From Alphaproteobacteria bacterium (GTDB lineage: Bacteria; Pseudomonadota; Alphaproteobacteria; MPNO01; UBA830), in the NCBI GenBank assembly GCA_965243135.1, contig OZ251539.1, positions 3,872,001 through 3,936,000 on the forward strand: a DNA stretch of 64,000 bases. The letters are read 5' to 3'. Every line of letters begins with the position of its first letter. Within the stretch, counting starts at the first letter, position 1. The notes under the pieces are model-generated. The model was given only the letters and a program-made list of their open reading frames with translations, was not told the origin of the DNA and ran no database searches. A program made the translations under genes and the position numbers. Positions 1-9,736 of this stretch are shown in pieces.

Positions 1-115
1 TTTCGACGTTGCAACCATTTTACGGGCAGCGTCCTTTCCTGGCTCCAGAGAACGGGAACCTGTCCATGTCGCGAGCAAGGTGCCGTCCGCCCGGCGAGCG
101 CGCTCCGCCCCGCGC

Positions 116-874
116 TCAGTGCATGACCATGCCGCCGTCCACGACGATGGCCTGCCCCGTCACGAAATCCGAATCGGGCGAGACGAGGTAGATCAGCGCG
201 CCGATCAGGTCGTCGGGCGCCTGTTCCCGGCGCATGGAGCGTCCCGTCAGACTCAGGTTAACGTAGAATTCCAGCTTTTCGCGTTGCGCCTCGATCCTGT
301 CGCTCATGGTGAAACCCGGCGCGATCGTGTTGACCCGGATGCCGGCGGCGCCCAGCTCGCGCGCCAGAGCCCGCGTCATCGCGTCCACCGCGCCCTTGGA
401 TGCGACGTAATGCAGCATCAGCGGCACCCCCGAATAAACGGTGCTGGACGAAATATTCACGATCTTGCCGTAACCTCTCTCCCGCATCGTCGGGGTCGCG
501 GCCTTGATGCAGTTGAAGACGCCCCGCGTGTTGACGGCCATGAGCCGATCCCATTCGTCGCCGTCGATTTCCTCGAAGCCGCGCCGTTCGATCTCCGCGA
601 ATATGGCGGCGTTCGTCACCAGGATGTCCGCGGATCCGAAGGCCGAGACGGTTTCCGCGACCATTTTCTCGCACGCCGCCATGTCGGTGACGTCGGCCGG
701 CACGCCGATGGCCTCGCCGCCCGCAGCGCGTATGCGGTCGACCGCGCCGCCGGTATCCATGATATCGGACACGCAGACCGCTGCGCCTTCCCGCGCCAGA
801 GCGGCGGCGTAAACGGCCCCGATGCCCTGCGCAGCGCCCGTGACGATCGCGGCCTTTCCATCCAGCCTGCCCAT
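116..874 (-). CDS. SDR family NAD(P)-dependent oxidoreductase
   Basis: TGAAQGIG Rossmann motif, YVASK catalytic motif, 252 aa, typical C-terminal DGG; GGAGG RBS upstream. Confidence 0.93.
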   Translation of the reverse strand: MGRLDGKAAIVTGAAQGIGAVYAAALAREGAAVCVSDIMDTGGAVDRIRAAGGEAIGVPADVTDMAACEKMVAETVSAFGSADILVTNAAIFAEIERRGFEEIDGDEWDRLMAVNTRGVFNCIKAATPTMRERGYGKIVNISSSTVYSGVPLMLHYVASKGAVDAMTRALARELGAAGIRVNTIAPGFTMSDRIEAQREKLEFYVNLSLTGRSMRREQAPDDLIGALIYLVSPDSDFVTGQAIVVDGGMVMH

Positions 875-957
875 TCTCTTTCCTCCTGTTGCATCCTTAC
901 GAAGGCGCGAGCATACATCAGCGGCGCCGGCCGTGCGCGTCGAAGCGGGAGAATGCT

Positions 958-1836
958 ATGTCCAACCCTCGCGTTGCCGTAAGGGAAACCTGCATTCTCG
1001 GCGAATCTCCGATCTGGTCGGTTGCGGAGCAGGCGCTTTACTGGGTGGACATCCGGAATCCGACGATCCACCGCTTCGAACCTGCGACCGGCTCCCGCAG
1101 GAAATGGCGCGTTCAGACAGAGATCGGCTCGATCGGGTTCGCGTCCGGAGGCCGGCTGATCGCCGGCACGAGGATGGGGTTCGCGCTTGTCGATCTCGAT
1201 GACGGCGCGTTCGAGGAACTTGCGGATCCCGAAGGCGACGGACGGCTCAACCGGGTGCGCATGAACGACGGCAAGGTGGATCGCCGGGGCCGCTTCTGGT
1301 GCGGTTCCATGCAGGATCCGGGCAACGCCCGGATCGGATCGCTCTACCGCTTCGATCCGGATCGCGCGGTGCGCCGCATGGCCGGGCCCGTGAGCATTTC
1401 GAACGCAATCTGCTGGAGTCCCGACGACGCCGTCATGTACTTCGCGGATTCGCTGCTGCGCACCGTCTGGGCCTACGACTACGACGCCGAGGCGGGGGAG
1501 ATCGCTAACCGGCGCGTCTTCGTCGAGGTTCCCGAAGCCGAGGGCGTTCCCGACGGCGCGACGACGGATGCCGACGGTTTCGTCTGGATCGCGCATATGC
1601 GGCGCGGCGCCGTCAGGCGCTACGATCCCGACGGGAAGATGGAACGGGAATTCGAGTTCCCGGTTTCGCTGACGACCTGTCCCGCCTTCGGCGGTCCGGA
1701 CCTTTCCACGTTGTACGTCACGACCGCATCGACGAGGTTCGGTCCCGCGGATTTTGGGCGCGAGCCTTATGCCGGGTCCGTGTTCTCGGTGGAAACCGAC
1801 GCGAAGGGGGTGCCCGAACCGATTTTCGGAGCGTGA
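958..1836 (+). CDS. SMP-30/gluconolactonase/LRE family protein
   Basis: LGESPIW...LYWVDI, RMNDGKVD, SNAICWSPD, PDGATTD motifs; start placed at ATG 958. Confidence 0.92.
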   Translation: MSNPRVAVRETCILGESPIWSVAEQALYWVDIRNPTIHRFEPATGSRRKWRVQTEIGSIGFASGGRLIAGTRMGFALVDLDDGAFEELADPEGDGRLNRVRMNDGKVDRRGRFWCGSMQDPGNARIGSLYRFDPDRAVRRMAGPVSISNAICWSPDDAVMYFADSLLRTVWAYDYDAEAGEIANRRVFVEVPEAEGVPDGATTDADGFVWIAHMRRGAVRRYDPDGKMEREFEFPVSLTTCPAFGGPDLSTLYVTTASTRFGPADFGREPYAGSVFSVETDAKGVPEPIFGA

Positions 1837-3038
1837 CGCGCTTGGCGCCATCCGCTACCCGATGGGGCGCGATCGGCCTGATCCTGTTCGCCGGAGCGGT
1901 GGGCGCCGCGCAGATCGGGAAGCTTCCGGGCGCGTTGCCCGCCATCCGCGCCGAGCTGGGCATCGGGCTGTTCGTTGCCGGTCTCGTCATTTCCGCCATC
2001 GTGGCCGTCGGCGCGGCGGGCGGCATGGCTGCCGGCGCGATCTCCGACAGGTTCGGACATCGCAGAATCGCGCTCGCCGGCACGGCGCTGATGGCGCTGG
2101 GCAGCCTCGCCGGCGCTCACGTCGACGATACGAGCGCGCTGATCGCGACCCGTGTCGTCGAGGGCGTGGGCTACATCGCGCTGATCGCGGCCGCCCCGGC
2201 CCTTATCGTTCGCGCCGCCCGGGATGCCGACCGCGGCGTCGCTTTCGGTATCTGGTCGTTCTACATGCCGTTCGGCATGGCGGCGATGGTCGCGCTTTCG
2301 CCGTTGCTCATGGCGGGCGGATGGCGCGGCCTGTGGACGATAAACGGTTGCCTGGCGGCCGCGGCCTTTCTCCTTCTCCTTCGGGCGCTGCAAGGACAGC
2401 GCTTCGAAAAGCGGCAGGCCGCCGCACCCTTCGGCCGGCAGGGGGTCGCGGCGACGCTGTCGCGGCCGGGGCCCCTCGTCCTTGCCTTGTCGTTCGGCGC
2501 CTATTCGCTGGTTTACCTGTCCGCGATGTCCTTTCTGCCGACCTTCCTGATCGAATCCAGAGGAATGGCGACCGGCACCGCCGCGGCGCTGGTGGGCCTC
2601 GCCATATTCATGAACGCGCCCGGCTGTCTTGCCGGCGGCTGGATGATCAAGAAGAACGTCGCGCCTTGGGCGGCGATCGGAGCGGGCTATGCCGGGATGG
2701 CGGTCTGCGCGTTCGGCCTGTATCTCGAAGACATTCCGTTCGGCCTGCGATACGCCTTGGCGCTGGCGCTTCCTTTTTTCGGCGGTTTCGTCCCGCCTAC
2801 GGTGCTCGCGCGCGCGGAAGCGCATGCGCCGTCGCCGGCGCTCTACGGGATGACGGTCGGGCTGATTGTCCAGGTAATCAGCATCGGCCAACTGATCGGG
2901 CCGCCAGCGCTTGCGGCGCTCGTCGCGCGGTCAGGGAACTGGCAGTCGGGGGCGTGGCTCACCGTAGGAGCCTGCGCGACGGGTTTTCTGACGGCGCTCG
3001 CGCTGCGCCGCCTGGACCGGCGAGTGGAAATGGCATAG
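1833..3038 (+). CDS. MFS transporter
   Basis: About 12 hydrophobic segments, GAISDRFGHRR motif A; overlaps upstream stop (GTGA). Confidence 0.88.
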   Translation: MTRLAPSATRWGAIGLILFAGAVGAAQIGKLPGALPAIRAELGIGLFVAGLVISAIVAVGAAGGMAAGAISDRFGHRRIALAGTALMALGSLAGAHVDDTSALIATRVVEGVGYIALIAAAPALIVRAARDADRGVAFGIWSFYMPFGMAAMVALSPLLMAGGWRGLWTINGCLAAAAFLLLLRALQGQRFEKRQAAAPFGRQGVAATLSRPGPLVLALSFGAYSLVYLSAMSFLPTFLIESRGMATGTAAALVGLAIFMNAPGCLAGGWMIKKNVAPWAAIGAGYAGMAVCAFGLYLEDIPFGLRYALALALPFFGGFVPPTVLARAEAHAPSPALYGMTVGLIVQVISIGQLIGPPALAALVARSGNWQSGAWLTVGACATGFLTALALRRLDRRVEMA

Positions 3039-3040
3039 AA

Positions 3041-3895
3041 ATGACCATGCTTGAACACCGTCCGCGCCGAAGCCTGCTTTTCGTTCCCGGCCTGCGTCCG
3101 GATCGCTTCGAAAAGGCGCTCGGCTCGGGCGCCGACATCGTTTGCGTCGATCTCGAAGACGCCGTCCCGCTTGCGCGCAAGGAGGAGGCGCGCAAGCTGA
3201 CGCTGCCTCTGTTCGCCGGGCCGCCGCATCCGCAAGTGGAAACCATGGCGCGGATCAACCCGCTGTCGACCCCCGAAGGGCTGAAGGACATCCTGGCGCT
3301 TCTCGACTGTCCAGCGCCGCCCGTCGCATTGATGCTCGCGAAGCCCGGGTCAGGCGCGGAGATTCGCCTGTACGACGATCTGCTGCGGGGCCGCTGCGCG
3401 GAGACGCGCTTTCACGTGATTATCGAATCCACCGACGGTCTCGCCAACGTGATGGAGATCGCCGCCGCGTCGCCGCGCATCGACTCGCTGCTTTTCGGCG
3501 CGGTCGACATGTCGGCGGACTTGAGAGCCGACAAGACATGGGAGACGCTTCTCTGGGCCCGGTCGCAGGTCGTTCACGCCGCCGCGCGGCACGACCTCGA
3601 CCTCCTGGACGTACCCTGGCTCTCGCTGGACGACCGGGACGGTTTGGCGAGGGAAGCGGAACTGGCGCGGGCGCTCGGCTTTACCGGCAAGGCGGCGATT
3701 CATCCGAAGCAGATCGCCGACATCAACCGGGTTTTCTCCCCCGCCCCGGAACTCGTGGAACGCGCGCGCCGGATCGTCGCCGAATTCGAAAAGGACAGAA
3801 CCGGTTTGCTGGTCGTCGACGGGGAACTCGTCGAACGTCCGGTACTCCGCTCTATGTCGCGCGTTCTCGCCGTCGCCGATTATCTCGACCGATAA
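3041..3895 (+). CDS. CitE-like CoA ester lyase (HpcH/HpaI aldolase/citrate lyase family)
   Basis: RRSLLFVPG, DLEDAV, GFTGKAAIHPKQ motifs; C-terminal part of listed ORF 1754..3895. Confidence 0.9.
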   Translation: MTMLEHRPRRSLLFVPGLRPDRFEKALGSGADIVCVDLEDAVPLARKEEARKLTLPLFAGPPHPQVETMARINPLSTPEGLKDILALLDCPAPPVALMLAKPGSGAEIRLYDDLLRGRCAETRFHVIIESTDGLANVMEIAAASPRIDSLLFGAVDMSADLRADKTWETLLWARSQVVHAAARHDLDLLDVPWLSLDDRDGLAREAELARALGFTGKAAIHPKQIADINRVFSPAPELVERARRIVAEFEKDRTGLLVVDGELVERPVLRSMSRVLAVADYLDR

Positions 3896-3913
3896 AGGCG
3901 ATCTGCCCGTCGA

Positions 3914-4708
3914 TCAGCGCGTCCAGCGGGTGACTGGCCGCTCGGTCTCCTTGCCGTCGACAAGGACCGCGTCCACGTTCTCGGCATAGAAGCAAACGAG
4001 ATCCTTGATCCCGGGACATTCGGGAACCGGATCCTCGTAGGACCAGGCAATGTCCTTCCAAGTGCGGCCGCCCGCGGAGACGGACCAGTAGCGGGCGCGT
4101 CCCTTGTAGGGGCAGCGCGTGGTCGTATCCGTTGCGGCAAGCAATTCCATTCGCACGTCTTCCCTGGGAATGTAGTGGCGAGTGGGAAGTCCGGTCTCGA
4201 ACAGGAAACGGGCGCGGGCGGTCTCGGCGACGATCTCGCCGCCCAGAAGGATCTTGACCGGTCGCGACGAGACGAGAACGTCGACCCGCTTGTAGGGGTC
4301 GCGAGGGTGCACGAAGATTTCCTCGTCTTCCTCGTACCAGTGGTCGACGCGATCCCAGTAGAAAGCGCGGTAATTCTGCAAGCCCAGAGCCGCCATTTCG
4401 TCGTATGGCGACCGATAGGCCCAGACCGCGTCGTCCGCCCGCTTGCCTCCCGCCTCGATCGTCCAGTACGAGGCCTCGCCCTTGTACGGGCAGTGAGTGG
4501 CATGGTCGGTCGGTCGAAGAAGGTCGTCGCGAACGTCCGCAACCGGGAAGTAGTACACCGGAAGATGACGTGCCTCGAGCATCAGCATCATGTTCGTCGA
4601 GTCCGCGACCCATTCGCCCCCGAACCTTACGCGGACGCGCCGCGGCGAAGGCTCCAGCCGGATCTGGTGGTCGGGATTTTTCCGGTACCCCGGCGCCGGA
4701 TTGGTCAT
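3914..4708 (-). CDS. DUF427 (NTP_transf_9) tandem-domain protein
   Basis: Two copies of T.CPYKG.A.YW motif; start MTNPAPG with AG-rich RBS. Confidence 0.88.
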   Translation of the reverse strand: MTNPAPGYRKNPDHQIRLEPSPRRVRVRFGGEWVADSTNMMLMLEARHLPVYYFPVADVRDDLLRPTDHATHCPYKGEASYWTIEAGGKRADDAVWAYRSPYDEMAALGLQNYRAFYWDRVDHWYEEDEEIFVHPRDPYKRVDVLVSSRPVKILLGGEIVAETARARFLFETGLPTRHYIPREDVRMELLAATDTTTRCPYKGRARYWSVSAGGRTWKDIAWSYEDPVPECPGIKDLVCFYAENVDAVLVDGKETERPVTRWTR

Positions 4709-4973
4709 CTGTCGCTCCCTCTCTCGATCATTCCTGAGCGCATCATCGCGCCGGGACGTGCCGCAGGCAATCCGGCGCGACGGCAGATGTCCGCACGGAA
4801 CCTGCCTGTGCACCGCGCCTCGGACCGTTATCCATGAGAACGACCGGCGAGCGGTTCCCGCTCACGTTGCCGCGTCGCCGGAAACGACGTTGGCGCCCAT
4901 GCTCGCGCTTCAGGGGGAAACCCGACCGGCGAGAGCCTCGGGCGCGCCCCGTTTTTCCTGGATGCACGCCGGC

Positions 4974-5237
4974 TCAGCTGCGCTTTCGCTCCGTATTACC
5001 GGGCCATTCGGTTCGGCCGGGATTCGAAGTGTCGGTCGTCGCGATTCGTCCAGCCGGCCTCGTCGCCGCGCGATAGGCATCAAGGCCTCGATCCTTTTCT
5101 CGCCAGCCGCCGTAGATCTGCATGACCTCGCGAAAGCCTGGACGGGCGAGCGCCGCCTCGAGCATTGCAACGCGTTCCTGTTCGCGACTGGAGACCCCGC
5201 GCCCGTCGGCCTCCTTCTTGGTTGGCTTGGTCATCAT
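4974..5237 (-). CDS. small hypothetical protein (87 aa)
   Basis: Strong RBS (GGAGAGAGGAA) before ATG; protein-like composition unlike GC shadow ORFs. Confidence 0.5.
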   Translation of the reverse strand: MMTKPTKKEADGRGVSSREQERVAMLEAALARPGFREVMQIYGGWREKDRGLDAYRAATRPAGRIATTDTSNPGRTEWPGNTERKRS

Positions 5238-6038
5238 TTCCTCTCTCCGCGGCCTCGCGAACCGCCGATACTCTCTTGCGGTCTCCGCGCATCGACGCGA
5301 CGCGAACCGCGACCCTCGCGTCGCATGAAAGCAGGCCGGAAATTCCTGCGCAACCGCCTCGACCCGACCCGAAGGACGTGACGTCCGTGGGTTGTCGGGA
5401 GATCATGCATGCTGTCGGAATCGTAGCTGCGTTCTGGTCTTCCTTCTTCGCCGCGGCGGAAGCGCGGCTCCTGCCGTAACTCCGCCGCGTCGCGAAACCT
5501 GTCTTCCGCCCGCGCTTGCGGGAGCGCCGTCGCCGCTGCGAGCGTCCGCCGTTCTCGCGAACGGCATCGAGCGGGAACGCGCAGCCGAAAAACGATTTCA
5601 AGTCCAGACGGCAAGCGGAAGAATCTGTCCGACCTGCCGGGCGCATCCCGACTCCCGGCGCCAAGTTTCCGCCGCAACGGATTCAGCGCTGACTTGAAGT
5701 CGAAGCGCTTCACGGTCCGTCGGCGCAACTGGCGAACCGGCGCTCAGGGCGAAGAGCGCTTTTCCGCCGCGCCCAACGGGCGGACGCCGCGCTCCGGCTT
5801 CGCCGCATCGCTGTCGGAATCAAGTCTTTGCGCAACCAGCCAGCGCCGGAGTTGCCTCGAAAGGCTCGTTCGCGTTCGGTTTCTTGCTCTCCGCTCCAGA
5901 CGCCTTGACGAAGTTGAAGTTCACCGGGATCTCGTACCGGGTCTCGGCGAGCAGCGGAACCACGGCTATTGCCTTTCCTTCGGAAATCGCCCCCTCTTGC
6001 GCCGCGCATTGGCCGGCGCCGCCCCTGCGCAGCGCCGC

Positions 6039-6912
6039 TCAGAGAATCCAGTGCTCTACGGACCGCGAAAGAAACTCTTCGACGGCGATGCCGTCAGCGC
6101 CGACAAGCAACGTTCGCGCTGGACGAAAGGCCTCCTCGAAGGCCGCCGTTCCTTGCAGCGACCGGCGCGTTCGCCCGCTCTTGACTTCGATCGCCGTTAC
6201 CTTGCGGCCGGCCCGCACCACGAAATCCACTTCCCTGTTGCGCTCACGCCAGTAGAACAACTCGCACGCGCCTCCGGCGGCGGCGTTCGCCAGATGCGCG
6301 CCCACTGCGGATTCGACCAGCCGCCCCCGGAATTCGCGATCCTTTCGGACTTCGTCCATCGCAAGACCCGAACCCGCTGTCATGAGGGCGGTATTGAGAA
6401 CCTGCAACTTCGGACTGGAACTTCGCCGCCGCGCCGCATCCGCGGCAAATTTCTGCAGGCCCGTGAGCAGGCCCGCGTCCGACAGCAGATCGAGGTAATG
6501 GGCGAGGGTCGTGGTATTGCCTGCATCCTGCAACTGGCCCAGCATCTTGTTATAGGACAAAATCTGACCGGAATAGGCGCAGCCGAGTTCGAACAACCGG
6601 CGCAACAGCGCTGGTTTATCGACACGAGCCATCAACAATACGTCGCGCGCGATCATAGGCTCGACGAGCGAATGACGGATATAGTTCGACCAACGAGCGG
6701 GCTGGCCTGCCAAAGAGACCGCTCCAGGATAGGCGCCGTAGAAGAGGTAGCGCTCCAGAGACCAGCCGAAGGCCGCCTGCATCTCGGAAAAACTCCAGTG
6801 CGGCAAGCGCAGAACCTCGAAACGGCCGGCAAGGCTTTCCGTGAGGCCCTGCGCCAGCAACAAGGGGGCCGATCCCAGCAGCACGACCTTGAGTTGCCGT
6901 TCGGCGCGTCCG
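6039..6912 (-). pseudogene. 5'-truncated AAA_14 ATPase / DUF4143 protein
   Basis: ESLAGRF, SSPKL, EVDFVV...IEVKSG motifs present; Walker A/B missing; frame breaks at the stop of the upstream PD-(D/E)XK gene. Confidence 0.8.
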
Positions 6913-6915
6913 GCT

Positions 6916-8433
6916 TCAGGCTACCTCACAATCGAACCCGACGATGTTGCGCTCCGCCCGGCTGAACTCCACCCCGATCAGGTGCACCGAACGACCGAGG
7001 CGGCGGTACTTGTCCGCATAGCCCTTCTCCCGCAACTGCGCGAGCGCGATCCCCTCCCGCCCGCGCTCCACCACCTTGAACTCGAACAGGTAGACGCGCC
7101 CGCCGGCGCGGATCGCCATGTCGGCGCGCCCCAGGCTGCCGCTGTCCTCGGCCACCGGCTCGAAGCCCTCCATCAGGAAGCAGCTGTGGATGACGCTCGC
7201 GTAGTGGGCCTCGTACACCGGGCTGTTCATGTACCACTGGTGCGGGGCGAAGACGCCGCGGAACAGGGTCCCGAGGCGCTCGAAGTCGTTCGCCTCCAGC
7301 AATTCGCCCAGCCGCAGGCGCGCCGTCTTCCTGCGCGCCTCGACCGGGAGCAGTTCTCCCAGCAGGGCCTCGCCCAAGCTCTGGCGCACCTCGAGGTTCG
7401 GGTAGTCCAGCCGGTAGCGCCCGTCCTCCTCGCCCGCGATGGTGAGGTAGCCGGTCTGGAACAGAAGCGCCTCGACCGAGATATTGTCCACGTCGAAGGT
7501 CGAGAGCAGGCTCTCGCTGCCGATCATGCCGTCGAGGTCGGGAGTGGGCAGGTCGCGGCGCGTCAGCGTCTCGATCAGGAAGGTCGGCGTGCCGCTCTCG
7601 AACCAGTAGTTGCCGAACCTGCGCTCGGCGAGCAGCAGCAGGATGCCGAACGGATTGTAGAGCCTCTCCGGCCCGCGCCAGTTGTAGCCGTTGTACCAGC
7701 GCCGGACCTCGTCCCGGTCCAGGCCCTCGAGTTCCGGGGCGAAGACTGCGCCCAGTTCCGCGTCCGTACAGCCGCAGATGTCCGAGAATTCCGGCGCCAG
7801 CGTGATGTCGCGCAGGTTGTTCAGGCCCGAGAACAGGCCCGCCAACTTGCTCACCCCCGTCAGGAAAACGAAACGGAGATGCCTGTCGCAGTCCTTGATT
7901 ACCCCGTACAGGTCGCGCAGGAAGCCGCGGTTGGCCAGCGCCAGCTCCCGGTCGCCGAGCGCGTCCAGGATCGGCTTGTCGTACTCGTCCACCAGCACGA
8001 CCACGCGCCGCCCGGCGCGCTCGTGCAGTTCGGAGATCAGATGATGAAGGCGGTCGGAGGCGTCCGGGTAGCCGCATTGGACGCCGGCGCGCTTTTCGGC
8101 GGCGTCGAGCTGCATCATCGCGTTCCTGTGCAGCCGGTCGGGGACGACGAAATTGCGCCCGCCGAAGCTGAGCCGCACGACCGGATGGCGCGCCGACCAG
8201 TCCCACTTGCCGTGCACGGCGAGGCCCCGGAACAGCTCCTCGCTTCCCTCGAACAGCTCCTGCAGCGTGTCCACCAGCAGGGTCTTGCCGAACCGGCGCG
8301 GACGCGACAGGAAATAGTACTTGCCCCTCTCGATGAGGCGGCGCGCATGGTCCGTCTTGTCGACGTAGTAGCAATCCATCCCCCGGATCTCCCGGAGGGA
8401 GGAAAAGCCGATCGGAAGCATGCGTTTCGCCAT
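6916..8433 (-). CDS. AAA-ATPase-like + PD-(D/E)XK (PDDEXK_9) nuclease domain protein
   Basis: LPIG...YVDKT, LSRPRRFGKTL, LVDEYDKP, FVFLTGVSK; C-terminal GRADM...FEFK...KGYADKY. Confidence 0.92.
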   Translation of the reverse strand: MAKRMLPIGFSSLREIRGMDCYYVDKTDHARRLIERGKYYFLSRPRRFGKTLLVDTLQELFEGSEELFRGLAVHGKWDWSARHPVVRLSFGGRNFVVPDRLHRNAMMQLDAAEKRAGVQCGYPDASDRLHHLISELHERAGRRVVVLVDEYDKPILDALGDRELALANRGFLRDLYGVIKDCDRHLRFVFLTGVSKLAGLFSGLNNLRDITLAPEFSDICGCTDAELGAVFAPELEGLDRDEVRRWYNGYNWRGPERLYNPFGILLLLAERRFGNYWFESGTPTFLIETLTRRDLPTPDLDGMIGSESLLSTFDVDNISVEALLFQTGYLTIAGEEDGRYRLDYPNLEVRQSLGEALLGELLPVEARRKTARLRLGELLEANDFERLGTLFRGVFAPHQWYMNSPVYEAHYASVIHSCFLMEGFEPVAEDSGSLGRADMAIRAGGRVYLFEFKVVERGREGIALAQLREKGYADKYRRLGRSVHLIGVEFSRAERNIVGFDCEVA

Positions 8434-8668
8434 ATAAAGAGAGTAGGCCGCCATGGCGGAATTGTCAAAAGCAGGCGCTTGCAAGGCGTTTGCGCCGTTC
8501 CGTTCTTTGTCGGCCGCCGTCCGCTCGACGCCCCGCTCCGGCCGCCCGTCCGCAGCTCCGCGAGGGTTGCGCAGACGGGCAACCGCGGAACGAAAAAGCG
8601 CGCCCATTCAAGTTTGAATGTACCTCGACCACATGCACCGAGCTTTCCAAAATGCTTGCGTCACCGGG

Positions 8669-8860
8669 GGCGTCCGTACATGAAGTGCAACATGCGTGGT
8701 GGCTGACCGACCGCTTGCGGCAAGATGTTGCGGAAAGTTCAGGCGATAGTGAGTTCAAAAACGGGGGCCAACGCCTACCATCACCTGACCCGCGACGAAC
8801 GTTGGCAGAAGGAAAGCGGCGAGGCCGCGATAGCGAGGCGGCTCGGCCGGAACCGCTGTC
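8669..8860 (+). mobile_element. IS30-family remnant (left end plus degraded N-terminal HTH)
   Basis: AYHHLTRDERWQ...AIARRLGRNR resembles the IS30 transposase N-terminus; preceded by TGAAGTGCAAC, IS30-like end sequence; no catalytic domain follows. Confidence 0.55.
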
Positions 8861-8897
8861 GCCGCCGTTTCTTTCGGGCGGACGAGCCGCGCGGGCC

Positions 8898-9704
8898 TCA
8901 CTTGCCTCTGAATACGGGGTTGCGCTTTTCCATGAACGCGGCGCGGCCCTCCGCGTAGTCCTCGCTCGCGAAGCAGGCATCGATCTCGGCCTGCACCCGC
9001 GACATGTCGCGGTCCTCCGCGTCGCGGAGCGCCGCACGGATCGACGTCTTCACCGAACGCAGGGTCAACGGCGCATTGGCGGCGATGGTCCGCGCGATTC
9101 CGGTCGCCGTGTCCCGGAGTTCCGCGGCCGCCGCGACCCGGTTGACCAACCCCATCGCGAGGGCTTCCTCGGCCGAATACCGGTTTCCGGTGAACAGCAT
9201 TTCGGCGGCGCGAGCCGGCCCGACGAGATCGATCAGACTGGCGACGGCCGCGTACGAAAACCCGAGCCCGAGCCTCGCGGGCGGCACCCCGAAACGCGCG
9301 TTGTCGGCCGCGATCCGGATGTCCGCTCGCATGGCGGTCATGACCCCGGCGCCGAGACAGTATCCGTTGATCATCGCGATCATCGGCTTCGAAAGCGCCG
9401 CCATTGCGCGGTCGGCGCGTTCCGACGCCCTGTCGTACTCCTTCCGCGCTTCTTCCGATGACCGCTTCTCGCCGAACTGCGAAATGTCCGAGCCCGAGAT
9501 GAACGCCCGGTCGCCGGCGCCCGCGAGCATCACCACGCGGATATCGTCGTCGTCTTCGAAATCCGCCAGGATGCCCGGGATCGCAACCCGCATGTCGTAG
9601 GTGACCGCGTTGCGCTTCGCCTGGTGGTCGTAGATCATCCAGCCGATCCCGCCTTCCTTGCGGGCCGTCATCTTGCCGGAGGCCTGTTCGGTGGGAGCCG
9701 TCAT
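8898..9704 (-). CDS. enoyl-CoA hydratase/isomerase
   Basis: AFISGSDI, KPMIAMINGYCLGAG, DYAEGRAAFMEKRNPVFRGK. Confidence 0.92.
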   Translation of the reverse strand: MTAPTEQASGKMTARKEGGIGWMIYDHQAKRNAVTYDMRVAIPGILADFEDDDDIRVVMLAGAGDRAFISGSDISQFGEKRSSEEARKEYDRASERADRAMAALSKPMIAMINGYCLGAGVMTAMRADIRIAADNARFGVPPARLGLGFSYAAVASLIDLVGPARAAEMLFTGNRYSAEEALAMGLVNRVAAAAELRDTATGIARTIAANAPLTLRSVKTSIRAALRDAEDRDMSRVQAEIDACFASEDYAEGRAAFMEKRNPVFRGK

Positions 9705-9736
9705 GTCGCGATTTCCTGCGTCAGGGCGTTCGAAGG

